NCBI GenBank assembly: GCA_964016885.1
Contig: OZ024740.1
Location: 360,344,001 to 360,408,000, forward strand
Direction: 5' to 3'
Length of the DNA stretch: 64,000 nt
DNA from: Eledone cirrhosa
Taxonomy: Eukaryota
The position numbers and the translations under genes are program-made. Below the pieces are notes generated by a model. That model saw nothing but the letters and a program-made list of their open reading frames with translations, made no database searches and was not told the DNA's origin. Of this stretch, positions 38,861 to 54,247 are shown piece after piece. How positions within the stretch are numbered: the stretch's first letter is position 1; each line of letters starts with the position of its first letter.

Positions 38861-39149
38861 TGAAATAACAGTAAAAAACATTCCGAAAAAAACTCTACAA
38901 TAAGGAGTTCAGCAAAAAGCAATATTATCGCGTTTTTTTTTTTTTTTTTTTTTTTTTATTTAAAAAAAAAGACCAGATTACTCACAAATAATTTAAGCAC
39001 TCTAGGAAAGAAATCGAGTATAAATATAAATGAAAAGTATAGAAATTATTATGAGCAAGAAGCACACAGTATTTCATAATATATAAGTGACTATAGCGTC
39101 AAAATGGGAAAATATATATATATGTATGTATATATATGTATATATATAT

Positions 39150-39619
<470 letters not shown>

Positions 39620-39745
39620 TCATCATCATCATCATTTTTACGTCCACTTTTCTCTGCTTGCAAGTATAGCTATAACGTCACGCCCTTATAATATGTCTGT
39701 ATGTCTGGCTGTCTGCATTAGATACATAACTATGTATACATATAC

Positions 39746-39798
<53 letters not shown>

Positions 39799-40094
39799 TA
39801 TATACATATATATACATATACTGTCTAACCCATGCTAACATGGAAGAACGGACGTAAAACGATGATGATGATGATGGTATATACATATATATATACATAT
39901 ATATATATAAGTATGTATATTTACATACATATATGTGTACAGATGCACAGTAGTATGTATATATATACATACATGCACACATATTTATTTATTTATATTT
40001 CTCTTATGTCAGTATTGTTTGTTTGGGTGTTGTTGTTATTCCATTCATTTTTTCTGTTTAGCTTTGGTTTTCTAAGTCTGCGATCATAAAGAAA

Positions 40095-41552
40095 CAGTCA
40101 ACAAAGTTAGAATTAACAATGAATATAGTGAAGAATTTAGAGTAAAAGTTGGTGTTCCTCAGGGCTCTGTCCTTAGCCCCTCCTATTTATTATTGCCCGT
40201 CAGGCTATAACAGAGGAGTTCAAGACCGCCTGCCTATGGGGACTTCTATATGCAGATAATCTAAAGCTCAAAGCTGAATCGATGGCTGAACAAGAAGAAA
40301 TTCCAAACATGGAAGCATGGCCTAGAATCAAAATGCCTTAAAGTTTATTTGTCTAAGACTAAAATTTTAGTATGTAGGAAGGAAAATAGGGCACAGGTCC
40401 CCTCTGGGAAATGGCCATGCTCAGTGTGTAGGAAAGCAGTAGGCAGAAATTCTATTTTATGTCCCAAATGCAAAGTATGGGTGCATAAAAGATGTAGTGG
40501 GATCACAGGTAAGCTATCTAAGAACATAGATTTTATATGTGGCCAGTGCTTAGGTGCAATAAGTAGCAGCAAGTGCCCACAGAGTACTAGCTCATTCCAT
40601 TGCACAGATGGTTCTATAGAAATAGTGGACACCTTCCGTTACCTGGGTGACAAAATCAGCAGTGGTGGAGGGTGCTCAGAAAGTACAGTAGCCAGAGTCA
40701 GAATGGGATGGAAAAAGTTCAGAGAGCTTATACCACTATTGGCCACTAAAGGTTTCTCTTTAAAAATGAAAGGCAGACTGTATGATGCCTGCATACGAAC
40801 AGCTATGTTACATGGCAGTGAGACATGGGCATTGTGTGCAGAGGATCTGCACAGACTGGAGAGGAATGAAGCATGCATGCTCTGCTGGCTGTGTAATAGT
40901 AATATACGCAAAAGGCAAAGCATAAATGAACTAAGTGATAAATTAGGTATAAGAGGTATCAGATGCTGTTTACTCGAAGAAGACTACGTTGGTATGGTCT
41001 CGTGATGCACATGAAAGACGACAGCTGTATGAAAAAGTGCAGGGCGATCAAAATTGACGGAAGTTATGGAGTAGGCAGACCCAGAAAAACCTGGGACGAT
41101 TTGATAAATTCCGACCTTACACACTTACACCTCTCCAAGACAATGTCACTGGACCGAGATCTTTGGCGCTATGCAGTAATACAGAAAACCCGCCTTGCCT
41201 AAGTACAAAGCGAAACCTACAGTCAGTAGGCACCTCTTAATCAAATATACACCCCCACCCCAACCACCCTTTCTCTGTAAAGTTATGTTGGTACTACAAC
41301 ATCCAGTCCTAAATAAATGAGGTCGTGTAGGTGTCACGACAAAAAAACACACAGTCCACGCTGTAATGTGGCCGTGTAGGTAACACGGTAAAAACCTCCC
41401 AGTCCACACTGTAAACGTGGTTGGTGTTAGGAAGGGCATCCAGCCGTAGAAAACCTGCCAGACGAGCGAGACGACCAATCTTGCTTCAAGTGGGACAATT
41501 CCTGTCTAAACCCATGCTAGCTTGGAAGATAGACGTTAAACGATGATGATGA
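40095..41552 (+). mobile_element. 5'-truncated RTE
   Basis: ORFs 40349..41005 and 40963..41202, 3' UTR and (GAT)n. Confidence 0.92.
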
Positions 41553-41580
41553 TATATGTATACATATATATATGTATATA

Positions 41581-42566
41581 TGTAGAGGAATGGCTTGTGA
41601 TGACAGTGCAAGCTATGTACAGGGGTGCTGTCAGTATAGTGAGAGTAGGAATGGAGTTTAGTGAGGAATTCCAGATACATGTAGGAGTGCTTCAGGGTTC
41701 GATCCTCAGTCCCCTCTTGTTCATTATAGTCCTCCAAGCCATAACAGAGGAGTTTAAGACTGGCTGCCCATGGGGACTTCTCAATGCTGACGATCTGGTT
41801 CTTATAGCAGAATCAATAGAGGAGCTAGAGAAGAAATTCTAGCTATGGAAACAGCAGTTGGAATCAAGGGGCCTGAGAGTGAACCTAGCTAAGACTAAAG
41901 TGCTGATAAGTAGAAAAGAGGACAAAACTCTGATTCCATCAGGGAAATGGCCATGTTCAGTATGTAGGAAAGGAGCTGGCATAAATTCTATAAAATGTAC
42001 ACAATGCAGACCTTGGGTATGCAAGAGATGTAGTGGGATATCAGGCAAACTAACAGGTAGGGAAAACTACATATACTGTCGATGTACAGGGAAACTTGAC
42101 AGTAGAAGTCGCAGTGATAGACATATTTTTCAAGTGCTGGTAGGATCTATAGAGGTGATTGATAGCTTCCGATACCTACGTGATCAGATTAGTAAGGGAG
42201 GAGGGTGCTCTGAGGCCATAGTATCTAGAATAAGGATGGGTTAGATGAAGTTTAGGGAGCATAGACGAGTTGAGAGAGAAACTGTGTATAAGAGGGATAG
42301 GCTGTAGTATACGGGAGAGAAGACTGCATTGGTATGGACATGTGATGCGCATGGAGGATGACCACTGGGTAAAGAAGTGCCAAGAAATCCTAGTAGCAGG
42401 AAGACCACGGAAAACATGGGCGGAGGTGGTGAGAGCTGACTTCAGATCGCTGAAGCTCACCGAGGAGATGACAAAGGACCGTGACGAATGGAGAGATGGT
42501 GTGCTTAATAGAATCCGTCCCACCCTTGCGAGCAGGGAAAAGCGGACGTAATATGATGATGATGAT
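41581..42566 (+). mobile_element. 5'-truncated RTE (family of 34714-37673) with internal deletion
   Basis: ORFs 41543..41842, 41858..42244 and 42270..42551, ending RPTLASREKRT and (GAT)n. Confidence 0.9.
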
Positions 42567-44759
42567 ATATATGTATATATATGTACATATATATATATAT
42601 ATATAAGAAACAATACCATATTTTTACAGATTCATAAAACAAGCTGGCACTTCAATAGACCAGATAGGCTTTCTACCATTTATTAACAAAATAAAGCAAT
42701 TTATGAATTCCACAAGTAAGTGTGCTTTTACTTGTTTATTTATCTGTTTGTATTTATTACTTTTGACTTTTTTCTTAACTCTTTTTGTTTTTGGGGGTTT
42801 TTTCTTTGTCAGTAAATTTTCCTTTACATATCTTTGTTTTTTTGAAATTATGGTAGGTGTATGTTAGTGGTTGGGGTTTCAACAGATTTCTTTTGTTAGC
42901 CTTTGTTTTCTGGTAACAAAAAATAACAAACATAATCAAAGCAAGATGTGCTATTTGTTTTATATATTTTCTAATTTACTTTTTTTTCTTATATTTATTT
43001 ATTTTCATTCGATTCCTGAAGGTGTCTGTCAAACTTTTTCCATCTCCAACTATTTTATAGTTAATATAATAATTGTAGCTGCTTTTCACAATGAAAGAAA
43101 ATAAATTTCAATTTTTTTGGACTTGTCTAATTTTTTTGTAAACTTATCAGTTAATTTATGTTTCTAGTCAACTGTTAGGACATCAATATCAATGGTGAAA
43201 GTTTGACCAGATTGTTTTAGTATAATGGCTATTGCAGCAGTTTGACATTTGCCAAGTGCATGGTTTGATTCCTGCAGGCATGTCTGTCTAACTTTTCCTG
43301 TTACCAAAGGTAATTTTCTGGCATATTCAGCTATTTTATAGTTAATATATGAATTGTATCAGGTTTTCACAACAAAAACACATTACATATAGAAAATAGT
43401 GTTTTGTACACATTTCAAAAATTGTAGCTTAATAGCAACAAAAGCTATACAACTCTGAATTAGTTTCTTCTATTAAGCCTGAAATATAAAGACCTCTAAA
43501 GAACTGAAAGCTAACTTCTCAACATCAATGCTATCATCATATTTTTTAACTTTCACCATCCAATTCACGTTGTGGTAGCCTTCAAATAATACCCTATTTT
43601 CTACAATATCCTTTTAAATTTATTTATTTGTTTTTTTCAGATTGATTTTGGGGTGGGAGTGGGGGTTTCTTCAACTTGATTTTGTTTCTGTTTAATAGTT
43701 ATTTCTTTATAATTCCATACTATCAATAATAGAAATCATTAGAATGGTAGGCCGAAATTGTTTTGTGTTATTTTGTCAGAGTCCTTTTATTCTGACTTCA
43801 AACCCTGCTGAGTTGAACTTTGCCTTTCATCCTTCCATGAAATATAATACCAATCAAGTACTAGGGTCATTACCTTAATTAGAAATCAAAGACTGTAGAT
43901 TGGCAGAATCGGATGAAATGTCTTGCGGCATTTTAGTCACTGCCTTTTATGTTCTGGTTTCAACTTTGCCTTTCATACTTCCAGAGCCAGTAATAAGTCC
44001 CAGTCAAGTACTGGAGTTCTCTGCACAATTCTTTGTGCTATAACAATGCATAACATATATACATATATTTTATATATATTTGTGTGTGTGTCTGTGTATA
44101 CATAAGCCAAGTGGAGGACAAAACTCAAAACATACTTCTGCTAATCAGTTACCCTGAGGTTTTCTATAGTAAAAACAGGAAAACATTGCCCAGAACTCTA
44201 CCACAGTGGAAAGGTCAAAACAGACCAGACAATTTTCAGAAATAGTGGAATAATATTAGAGATAGGCAGTAGGCAACAAACAAACATGACAAACAAAAAA
44301 TGACCTAACTTAAAGTTACAAGATTGTATATGACACAAAAAGACAAAGAATGCAAGAGAGAATGATAAAATGTTTTTTTTTTTTTGTATCTTCTCCTCCC
44401 CCATAAGGTAGAATGGGTTCTTTAGTCAAGTCACCAATATCCTCCTGAATGCTTGTTCCACAATAAAATGCACTCAGTACACTCTTTAAGGATATTAGTG
44501 TTAGGAAGGGCATCTAGCAGTAAAAACAGAAGGTTGGGAGGACTCATCAGGTGTGTCAATGATATGATAAAATGTATAATAGACCTGTAAAGTGGTTGCT
44601 GTAGAAACCATATCAAAACTGGAATGTGAGTCGCACATGACTCCTGGCTTGTCTGATGCATCCAACCCATGCCAACATGAAAAATGGGTGTTCTTAAAGG
44701 ATGATGATGTGTGTATATTCATATATGTGTGTGTATGTGTGTGTGTGTATATATATATC

Positions 44760-45100
44760 CAGGGAGTGTAACTTGGAATTACTATAGGTTCACCCGGGTG
44801 AGCACTCGATGTTTAGGTTCACTTCAGTGTCGAGGTGTAGAGCTATACAGAATGTATTATAGTGAAATAAAATAACAAGGACGATTGGTTACTCCTTTAT
44901 TACGTTTATTGGTTGGTGACGCGCGTTTTGCCACTGATCAGCTCACGGTTCGATCTGACCTGACTCTGTAATCCGCGGCTCGTCAGACCCCTTGTAATGT
45001 TAATAGAAGAATGAATACATGCTGTATGATAAAGTCAGATTCCTATGGTGGTCAGTGGAGTTTGTTTTGGTGGATTAATTCAAAGGGATGTTTTTGCCTG

Positions 45101-45138
<38 letters not shown>

Positions 45139-47130
45139 AGGGGGGAGGTGATAAGTTGGTGGTGCAGGGTTGAAGTGGGTGGTGGTGTGGGGTGCTGGTT
45201 GTCAGTAGACAGTTGGCATGTAGATGTGGCTGATTTTTGTGTGTGGTGTGGGTGTGGTGTTTATGGTGGGGTGATATTTGTGGTAGTGGATTGTTAAGGG
45301 GGCTCAATTCCATAAGGAGATACGTATATGTAGCCTAACAAATACATTATATACATACACATGTGTATATAGCCAGTGGGGATGGCAGTTGTACAAACAT
45401 ACTTACACACACACACACACACACTCGTGCGTTGTTTAGGGAGGGATGACAGGCGTGGTATGTGTTGGTGATGTTGATGGTTGTGGAAATATGGCGATGT
45501 GCTTTGTGGTGGTGGTGGGAGTGATGGGTGCGACATGATATTTACAGGATCGAATGTTGCGCTGGATTACAGGTTATAGCCTGACAGAGAAGACACAGAG
45601 AACACAATGGTACTGAGATGAGGGATGTATGGCGATGTGTTTGGTAGTGGGGGTGATGGGTGCGGCATGATATTTACAAGATCTGATCTTACAAGGGGTT
45701 ACATGTTAGAGAAGACAAAGGTACTGAGATGAGGGACGGTCTGGCAAAGAAAAGGTGTATCCCTATGTTGAGTCAGGGTTAGTGGCTGGCCCTCGGCTGA
45801 ATGTTTGTGCCGAGAAGGTGGTCATCCTGGTGTGTCTGCAGTTTATTATTATGTCAGATCTTGAGTTTATGGCCGATTTCAATTTAATGATCTCAGCCGC
45901 CTTGGCCAGGCATAACCTGCAGTGGTTTCTGTCATTGGGGAGTCGGGCCACGCGTCTTTTAACTAACCATTTGATCTGGTATTCCATGTTCTTGCCTTTG
46001 AGGTCCCAGATCAAGTCTGCCAGTCTTGTTTGGAGTCATTTGGGCCTGTGTTTGAAGCAGCTTTTGTGGTTATACCAGCGCTCCTTAACGTAGTCGAGAT
46101 TGCTCCTATGTAGGAGTACTCTTTTCGGCCAGCTGTGACATCGCACCGGTAAATAATGTTTTTAATGAGGCAATCCACCTTTCAATGGGTATTCTACCCA
46201 CTTTTTGCAGTTGCAGTTTATGTTGTTACGTTGTCGGTTGTTCATATTCTGTGTGAAGCTGGCACGTAGGTTGTTGTGTTGTCTGTGTGGTTTCGTTTTG
46301 GGTTGTGCTAGTGGTTAGTTGTGGTGCTTGCATGTGTTTGCGTATTTTTGTCCTATTTGTGTGTGCTATCGTGTCGCCTAGATTTGGTGTTGTGGAGAAA
46401 GAGAATATGACAGTGTGCCTATTAAAGAGCTTGTGGTATTTATGTGTGGGTGGGAAGGATTGTTCCAGAGCTCTGAAGAAGGTTCCCGGTATATTGGTGG
46501 CAACGTGTATAGAGTACGGGGCGTTGTACCATGTCACGGGTCTGCTCCAGGCTTTACGGTGTTTAGTGTGGTTGTTGTGGCTTAGTGGTTGTGTGGGTGC
46601 ATTTTGGTCAGGCGTATTTGTCGTGGGGGTTCCTGCTATTCTATTGCCATTTAGTCTAGGGTCTCTATTACTACATAGTCATGTGTGATATTCGGAGTGC
46701 TTACAGGGGTTGGAGTGTATAGCTTTATCTCCTTGGCAGCTGTATGTAACGCTGCCTGTCCTGCCGGCTAAGGGTGGTCTTTGCTTAGTATTTGTTCTAG
46801 GTGGGGTGTCCTTGTCTATTTGCGTTTTTAAGAGTTTAGCTGCGTTGCGCTTCTGATTTGGTCATTGTAAGCTATATTCTCATTGTACCTAGCCTTTTCA
46901 AGTGTAGAGTTATAGTATTCCGCGTGCTGGTTGAAGATAGTTCTGTTTGCCGACAGGGTGGACACTCTGTGGGAAACACTTTTAACTATCGAGTTAATTA
47001 TGCTCTGAGGGTGGTTGGAGTGTCTATTGACATATTTCAGGTTTTCGTTGGGTTTATGGTATGGGCGGTAGAGACCTGTGTCTAATTCTAACATCAGGTT
47101 TTAACTTGTAACACATCGTAACATCTGATC
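44760..47130 (-). mobile_element. Penelope-like element 3' half (post-RT region, GIY-YIG region, 3' UTR/pLTR)
   Basis: YRPYHKPN...SNHP, TWYNAPYS...HKLFNRHT...PNL, CNC, NIIYRC, KERWYNHK, IWDLK...CRLCL...INSRSDII..CRH. Boundaries are approximate. Confidence 0.85.
44915..44989 (-). ncRNA. hammerhead motif downstream of a PLE, GAAA box mutated
   Basis: Minus strand reads ggt-CTGACGA-gccgc...gtggc-AAAA-cgcgcg-TC-acc. Palindromic ACGCGCGT helix III. CGAAA to CAAAA is consistent with CpG decay. Confidence 0.7.
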
Positions 47131-47159
47131 CTGTAAATATCATGTCGCACACATCACCC

Positions 47160-48685
47160 TCAAGCCTTTGACAGAATTCCCCTGTGCCATAATCTGGTGG
47201 GCTCTTAGAAAACTAGGAGTGGATGAGTGGCTTATGAAGGCTGTACATGGCATGTATAGAGGAGCAGTTAGTAAAGTTAAGATAACGACTATAGCAAGGA
47301 ATTTAACATGCAGGTTGGTGTCCACCAGGGCTCTGTTATCAGCCCTCTCATGGTTATTATCGTTCTGCTGGTTATAACAGAGGAGTTTAAGACTGACTGC
47401 CCATGGGAACTTCTATATACAGATGATCTTATACTCATAGCTGAATCTATGCCAAAATTAGAGAAGAAATTCCAAACCTGAAAGTATGGCCTAGAAACAA
47501 AGGGTCTTAAAGTCAACCTGTCAAAGACTAAGGTCCTAGTAAGTAAAAGGGAAAACGGAGCCCTGATCCCTTCGGGGAAATGGCCATGCTCAGTGTGAGG
47601 GAAAGGTGTAGATAGAAATACGCTCCTCTGTTCCAAATACAAACTATGGGTACACAAGAGATGTAGTGGGATCTTAGGTAGTTTAGCTAAAAATGTAGGT
47701 TTTCCATGTCGCCATTGCACTGGAACAGTAAGTAGCAAATGGCAACAAGAAACAAGTGCAATCAAATTCTGGGAAGGTTTGGTAGAAGCAGTAGACAGCT
47801 TCTGCTATCTGAGTGACTAAATTAACAGTGGCGGTGGGTATTCCAAAAGTACAGTAGCCAGAAGAAGAAGAACGTGATAGAAGAAGTTCAGGGAGCTACT
47901 ACTACTGCTAGCTACAAAAGGTTTTTCCCTCAAAATAAAAGGGGTGTGTATATGAGCTGCTATGTTGTTTGGTAGAGACCAGGGAACTGTGTGCAGAGGA
48001 CTTATGGTGATTGGAAAGAAATTAAGCTTGCATGCTTCAATGGATGTGTAATAATAATGTACGTGAACAGCAAAGAATAAACGAACTGAGAGAGAAACTA
48101 GGCATAAGAGGAATCAGATGCAGTGTGCAGGAGAGGAGATTGTGTTGGTATAGACATGTGATGCATATGAAGGATGACAATGGTATAAAAAGGTGCATAG
48201 CGTTGAAAGTCGATGGAAGCTGTGGAGTAGGAAGACTTGGGAAGAGGTGCTAAAAGCAGTGACACAGGACCAGGGTCTCTGGCATTATGCAGTAATACAG
48301 AAAACCTGCCTTCCCATGAGCACAGGCTCAAGCATACATCCGGTATGCACCATCTTCACCCCCCCCCCCCCCCCCCCCCCACCCCGGTTCCATACACCTC
48401 TCATGTCCTAATGGTCTGCCCCTCACACACCCATATGTCTACCTCCCTAATCTCTACACATCCTTCCCACCAAAGCCCCAAGCCCATACTGTAAGGTGGT
48501 CATGTAGGTGTCATGACAAAAAGTACCCAGTACTCACTGTAAATGTGGTTGGCATTAGGAAGGGCATCCAGCTGTAGAAACCAAGCCAAAATCTGTTCTG
48601 CATGATCCGACTTCTCCTCTAATAGGATACCCATCTAACCCATGCTAGCGTGGAAAATGGGCATTAAACAGGGATGATATGTCAT
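47160..48685 (+). mobile_element. older decayed 5'-truncated RTE
   Basis: IWWALRKLGVDEWL, CPWELLYTDD and RLCWYRHVMHM, with many stops; 3' UTR present. Confidence 0.88.
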
Positions 48686-48832
48686 TAAACGGTGATGATA
48701 TGTATGCATAAAGTAATATATATATATATGCACGTATATATACATGTATATATGTGTATATATGTATATGTATATATATATGTATGTGTGTATATATATA
48801 TTTATATATATATTTATATATATATATATATA

Positions 48833-51500
48833 TCAACATTGTGACGGCTATGACGGAATCCACGGAGGCTATGGGTTTGGTACTAGAAATGAGGAAGGCT
48901 CCAGAATCCTGGAATTCTGTGATGCAAACAACCTAACTATCTGTAACACTAACTTCAAAAAACGAGACAATCACTTGATCACCTACAGATCGGGGGAACA
49001 TACCAGCCAGGTAGATTATATCCTTACCAGAGGACGTGACAGAGTGTCTGTTGTAAACACTAAATCCCTCCCCCATGAAGAATGCACCTCCCAACATAGA
49101 CTGCTAATTAGCGACCTCATAGTCAGGACGAGACGTACTAGACAACAGAAGAGGACTATCGTCAGGAGAAAAATATGGAAGTTAAAGGACCCCACAGCCA
49201 GAAATAAATTTCAAAGCATGTTACTTGATGCTTTTGACAGTAAGGAAGAGCATTTAGAGTCGTACAATATAGAGGAACAGTGGGAATTCCTGAAAGCAAA
49301 CCTGCTGATGGCGGCAGACGAAGTCTGTGGCTGGAGCAGGCCTATAGGTAGGAGGAGAGTAACATGGTGGTGGAACAGTAAGGTGGAGGAGTCAATTAAG
49401 GCCAAAAAGCAGGCTTGGAAAGTATGGCGGGATGGGGGAAGTAGAGAAGACTATCAAGTGGCCAGGAGGGAAGCTAGGAGACAAGTGTACTTCGCGAGAA
49501 GAGAAGCAGAGGAAAGAAAGTTCAAGCATGTTCTACAACGTGAGGACCAAAAACGTGAGGTGTTCAGGATTGCTAGGCAATGTGTCAAAGAAAACCGTGA
49601 TATTGTCGGGGAGAGGTGTGTACTTAATGATGATGGTGTACTTGCCATCACTGACGCTGATAAGAAGGTAGCTTGGAAGTGTCACTACGAAAGGCTACTA
49701 AATGAGGAGAATAAATGGGAGAAAGACAGTCTCTCCCACATCGACCCAATAGAGGGACCAGCAGTGTTAGTAGAAGGTAGTATAATAAGTAAGGCAATCA
49801 AAGATATGAAGCCGGGTAAGGCGGCTGGGCCTTCGGAAATAGTTGCTGAGATGCTGAAAGCCTCTGGAACGGTGGGACACACCATGGTCACCCGGATAGT
49901 AAACCAACTCATACAGAATGGGGTTGTTCCGAAGGACTGGCGTAGCAGCATCATCATTAACTGTTACAAGCGTAAAGGAGATGCCCTAGATAGGAGTAAC
50001 TAGTCAGCAAGGTTAGAATTAACAACGAATATAGTGAAGAGTTTAGTGTAAAAGTTGGTGTACATCAGGGCTCTGTTCTTAGCCCCCTACTATTTATTAT
50101 TGCCCTTCAGGCTATAACAGTGGAGTTCAAGACCGGCTGCCCATGGGAACTCCTATACGCAGATGATCTAACGCTCATAGCTGAATCAATGGCCGAGCTA
50201 GAGAAGAAATTCCAAACATGGAAGCACGGCCTAGAATCAAAAGGCCTTAAAATTAACCTGGCTAAGACTAAAGTTCTAGTTTGTAGGAAAGAAAATAAGG
50301 CGCCGGTCCCTTCCGGGAAATGGCCATGCTCAGTGTGTAGGAAAGGCGTAGGTAGAAACTCCATTTTATGTCCCAAATGCAAAGTATGGGTGCATAAAAG
50401 ATGTAGTGGGATCACAGGTAAGCTAACTAAGAACATAGATTTTACATGTGGCCGGTGCTCTGGTGCAATAAGTAGCAGCAAGTGCCCACAAAATACTAGC
50501 TCTTTCAATTGCGCAAAGGGTTCTATAGAAATAGTGGACAGCTTCCGTTACCTGGGTGACAAAATCAGCAGTGGGGGAGGGTGCTCTGAAAGTACAGTAG
50601 CTAGAGTCAGAACTGGATGGAAAAAGTTCAGAGAGCTTATACCACTATTAGCCACTAAAGGGTTCTCCCTAAAAATGAAAGGCAGGTTGTATGATGCCTG
50701 CATACGAACAGCAATGTTGCATGGCAGTGAGACCTGGGCATTGTGTGCAGAGGATATACGCAGACTAGAGAGGAACGAAGCTTGCATGCTCTGCTGGATG
50801 TGTAATAGAAACATACGTGAACGGCAAAGCATAAGCGAACTAAGGAAAAAATTAGAAATAAGAGGGATCAGATGTTGTTTACTCGAGAGAAGGCTACGTT
50901 GGTATGGTCACGTGATGCGCATGAAAGACGACAGCTGTATAACAAAGTGCAGGGCAATAAAGATAGACGGTAGCTACGGAGTAGGCAGACCCATAAAAAC
51001 CTGGGACGAGCTGATAAATTCCGACTTGACACACTTACACCTCTCCAAGACAATGTCACTGGACCGAGACCTTTGGCGGTACTCAGTAATAGAGAAGACC
51101 CGCCTTACCTAAATACAAAGTAAAACCTATTACAGTCAGTAGGCATCTCTAACAAAATACACCCTTGTCCCACCACCCCCACCCCATCCACACCGCCCCT
51201 TTCAATGTAAAGTTATGTTGGTGCCACAACATCCAGGCCGAAACAAATGACATCGTGTAGGTGTCACGACAAAAAACACACAGTCCACGCTGTAATGTGG
51301 CCGTGTAGGTAACACGGTAAAAACCTCCCAGTTCCACACTGTAAATGTGGTTGGTGTTAGGAAGGGCATCCAGCTGTAGAAAACCCGCCAGATAGTCCTA
51401 TGCGAGCAAGACAATCACTCTTGCCTCAAGTGGGAAAATCCCCGTCCAAACCCATGCAAGCGTGGAACACGGACGTTAAACTTTGATGATGATGATGATA
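48833..51500 (+). mobile_element. RTE LINE with an internal deletion in RT near 50002
   Basis: ORF 48744..50003 ends at GDALDRSN and is joined directly to VSKVRINNEY. ORF 50120..51112, 3' UTR and (GAT)n follow. Confidence 0.95.
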
Positions 51501-51590
51501 TACATGTGTGTGTTGGTGTATTGTGTCCAATCAGTGGATTCAGGCAAAGAATTTATGGAATGCATTACGGAAGCCTGTCATGTAAATGCC

Positions 51591-51630
<40 letters not shown>

Positions 51631-52756
51631 ATGTAACTATGTATACATACATATATATGTACATCTGTGTGCTTGTATTTATATTCATACATCAATCAAG
51701 TTGTCATTCAGTCAATCACTCCTTTTCTTTATCTTTCTCCCCATCTATTTTCTTTGTGTGTGTCTGTGAGTGTATGTTTATATGTGTATGTGTGTCTCCT
51801 TAATTGAAATTGATTCCCAAAAAACTGGAGCTAGTCTCTCAAAACCAAGACACAGACAACACATCATTTTTACATATTCTGTCATCATACCAACAGTAAT
51901 TTTGAATGCTAAAGAAAAAAAATTAACATTTCGGAAAGTTTTTGCATATTTTTCACCTTATGTCAGTAACAGACTGTAATCAGAGGAATTGGATCAGCTG
52001 CTTCTCTTCCAATGTCCTGTTCAAACCTCCATCTACCCAACACTTTGTGATGGCAACAATTATCTTGATTGCTTGACAGTGGTGGAGAATATGATGGTAA
52101 CAGCTCACATACACATATATACTTGCATACATATATATATGCATATCACCATCATCAATGTTTAACATCTATTTTTCCACGCTTGCATGGGTTAGACGAG
52201 TTATCATGTTATGAGAGAAGTCAGTTTAAGTGACCATGTCTTGTTCATATTATGGCTTGGTTTCTACAGCAGAATGCCTTTCCTAACACCTACCACTTTG
52301 CAGTGTGGACTGGGTATTTTTTTGTCATGCCACCAACAGAGAATGGAGTGGGTGGTTTTTTTTTGGGGGGGGGGGGGGGGGACTCAGTATGTTTTTGTCG
52401 AGGCAACAGCTTTCAGATCATGTACAGTGTGTTCAACTTGCATGCTTGTATGCATGGGTTGGACAGGAGAGGTGTATCAAGGGTGAGGAACAAGTAATAT
52501 ACCGTATAACATTGCAATATTGTTAAACCTTCCTATGGATCAAAGGATCTATAGTTTAAACCATTTCTAGACTTTCGTGGGACGTTACTCTCTCTTTATC
52601 TGAATATCTAACACTTTAATTGTATCTCTCTCTGTATAATGGCCTATCTCTCTCTTTCTGCCTCTCCCTCTGTGTCTCTCTCCCTTTAGATGTATGTGTG
52701 TGTAGTTTTCATGTGATTCAACCAACCAATAAACATATTTCTTTTATATTATATAT

Positions 52757-54247
52757 ACAACGAATATAGTGAAGAGTTTAGCGTAAAAGTTGGCGTCCAT
52801 CAGGGCTCTGTTCTCAGCCCACTACTATTTATTATTGCCCTTCAGGCTATAACAGAGGAGTTCAAGACAGGCTGCCCATGGGAACTCCTATACGCAGACG
52901 ACCTGACACTCATAGCGGAATCAATGGCCGAGCTAGAGAAGAAATTCCAAACATGGAAGCACGGCCTAGAGTCAAAAGGACTTAAAATTAACCTGGCTAA
53001 GACCAAAGTACTAGTTTGTAGGAAAGAAAACAAGGCGGCGGTCCCTTCTGGGAAATGGTCATGCTCGGTGTGTAGGAAAGGCGTAGGTAGAAACTCCATT
53101 TTATGTCCTAAATGCAAAGTATGGGTGCATAAAAGATGTAGTGGGATCACAGGTAAGCTAACTAAGAACATAGATTTTACATGTGGCCGGTGCTCTGGTG
53201 CAATAAGTAGCAGCAAGTGCCCACAAAATACTAGCTCTTTCAATTGCGCAGAGGGTTCTATAGAAATAGTGGACAGCTTCCGTTACCTGGGCGATAAAAT
53301 CAGCAGTGGGGGAGGGTGCTCTGAAAGTACTGTAGCTAGAGTCAGAACTGGTTGGAAAAAGTTCAGAGAGCTTATACCACTATTAGCTGCTAAAGGGTTC
53401 TCCCTAAAAATGAAAGGCAGGTTGTACGATGCCTGCATATGAACAGCAATGCTGCATGGCAGTGAGACCTGGGCATTGTGTGCAGAGGATATACGCAGAC
53501 TAGAGAGGAACGAAGCTTGCATGCTCTGCTGGATGTGTAACAGTAATATACGTGAACGGCAAAGCATAAACGAACTAAGGAAAAAATTAGAGATAAGAGG
53601 GATCAGATGTTGTTTACTCGAGAGAAGGCTACGTTGGTATGGACACGTGATGCGCATGAAAGTCGATAGCTGTATAACAAAGTGCAGGGCAATAAAGATA
53701 GATGGTAGCCACGGAATAGGCAGACCTAGAAAAACCTGGGACGAGCTGATAAACTCCGACATCACACACTTACACCTCTCCAAGACAATGTCACTGGACC
53801 GAGACCTTTGGCGGTACTCAGTAACAGAGAAGACCCGCCTTACCTAAATATATAGTAAAACCTACTCCAGCCAGTAGGCATCTCTAACAAAATACACCCC
53901 GTCCCACCACCCCCACCCCCACCCCATCCACACCACCCCGTTCTATGTAAAGTTATGTTGGTGCCGCGCCATCGAGGCCGAAACAAATGAGATTGTGTAG
54001 GTGTCACGACAAAAAAACACACAGTCCACGCTGTAATGTGGCTGTGTAGGCAACACGGTAAAAAGCTCCCAGTTCCACACTGTAAATGTGGTTGGTGTTA
54101 GGAAGGGCATCCAACTGTAGAAAACCTGCCAGACAGTCCTATGCGAGCAAGACAATCACTCCTGCCTCAAGTGGGAATACCCCCGTCCAAACCCATGCAA
54201 GCGTGGAACACGGACGTTAAACGTTGATGATGATGATGATGATGATA
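52757..54247 (+). mobile_element. 5'-truncated RTE, near-identical to 19016-20500 in inverted orientation
   Basis: ORFs 52924..53442 and 53449..53847, 3' UTR and (GAT)n. Confidence 0.95.
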
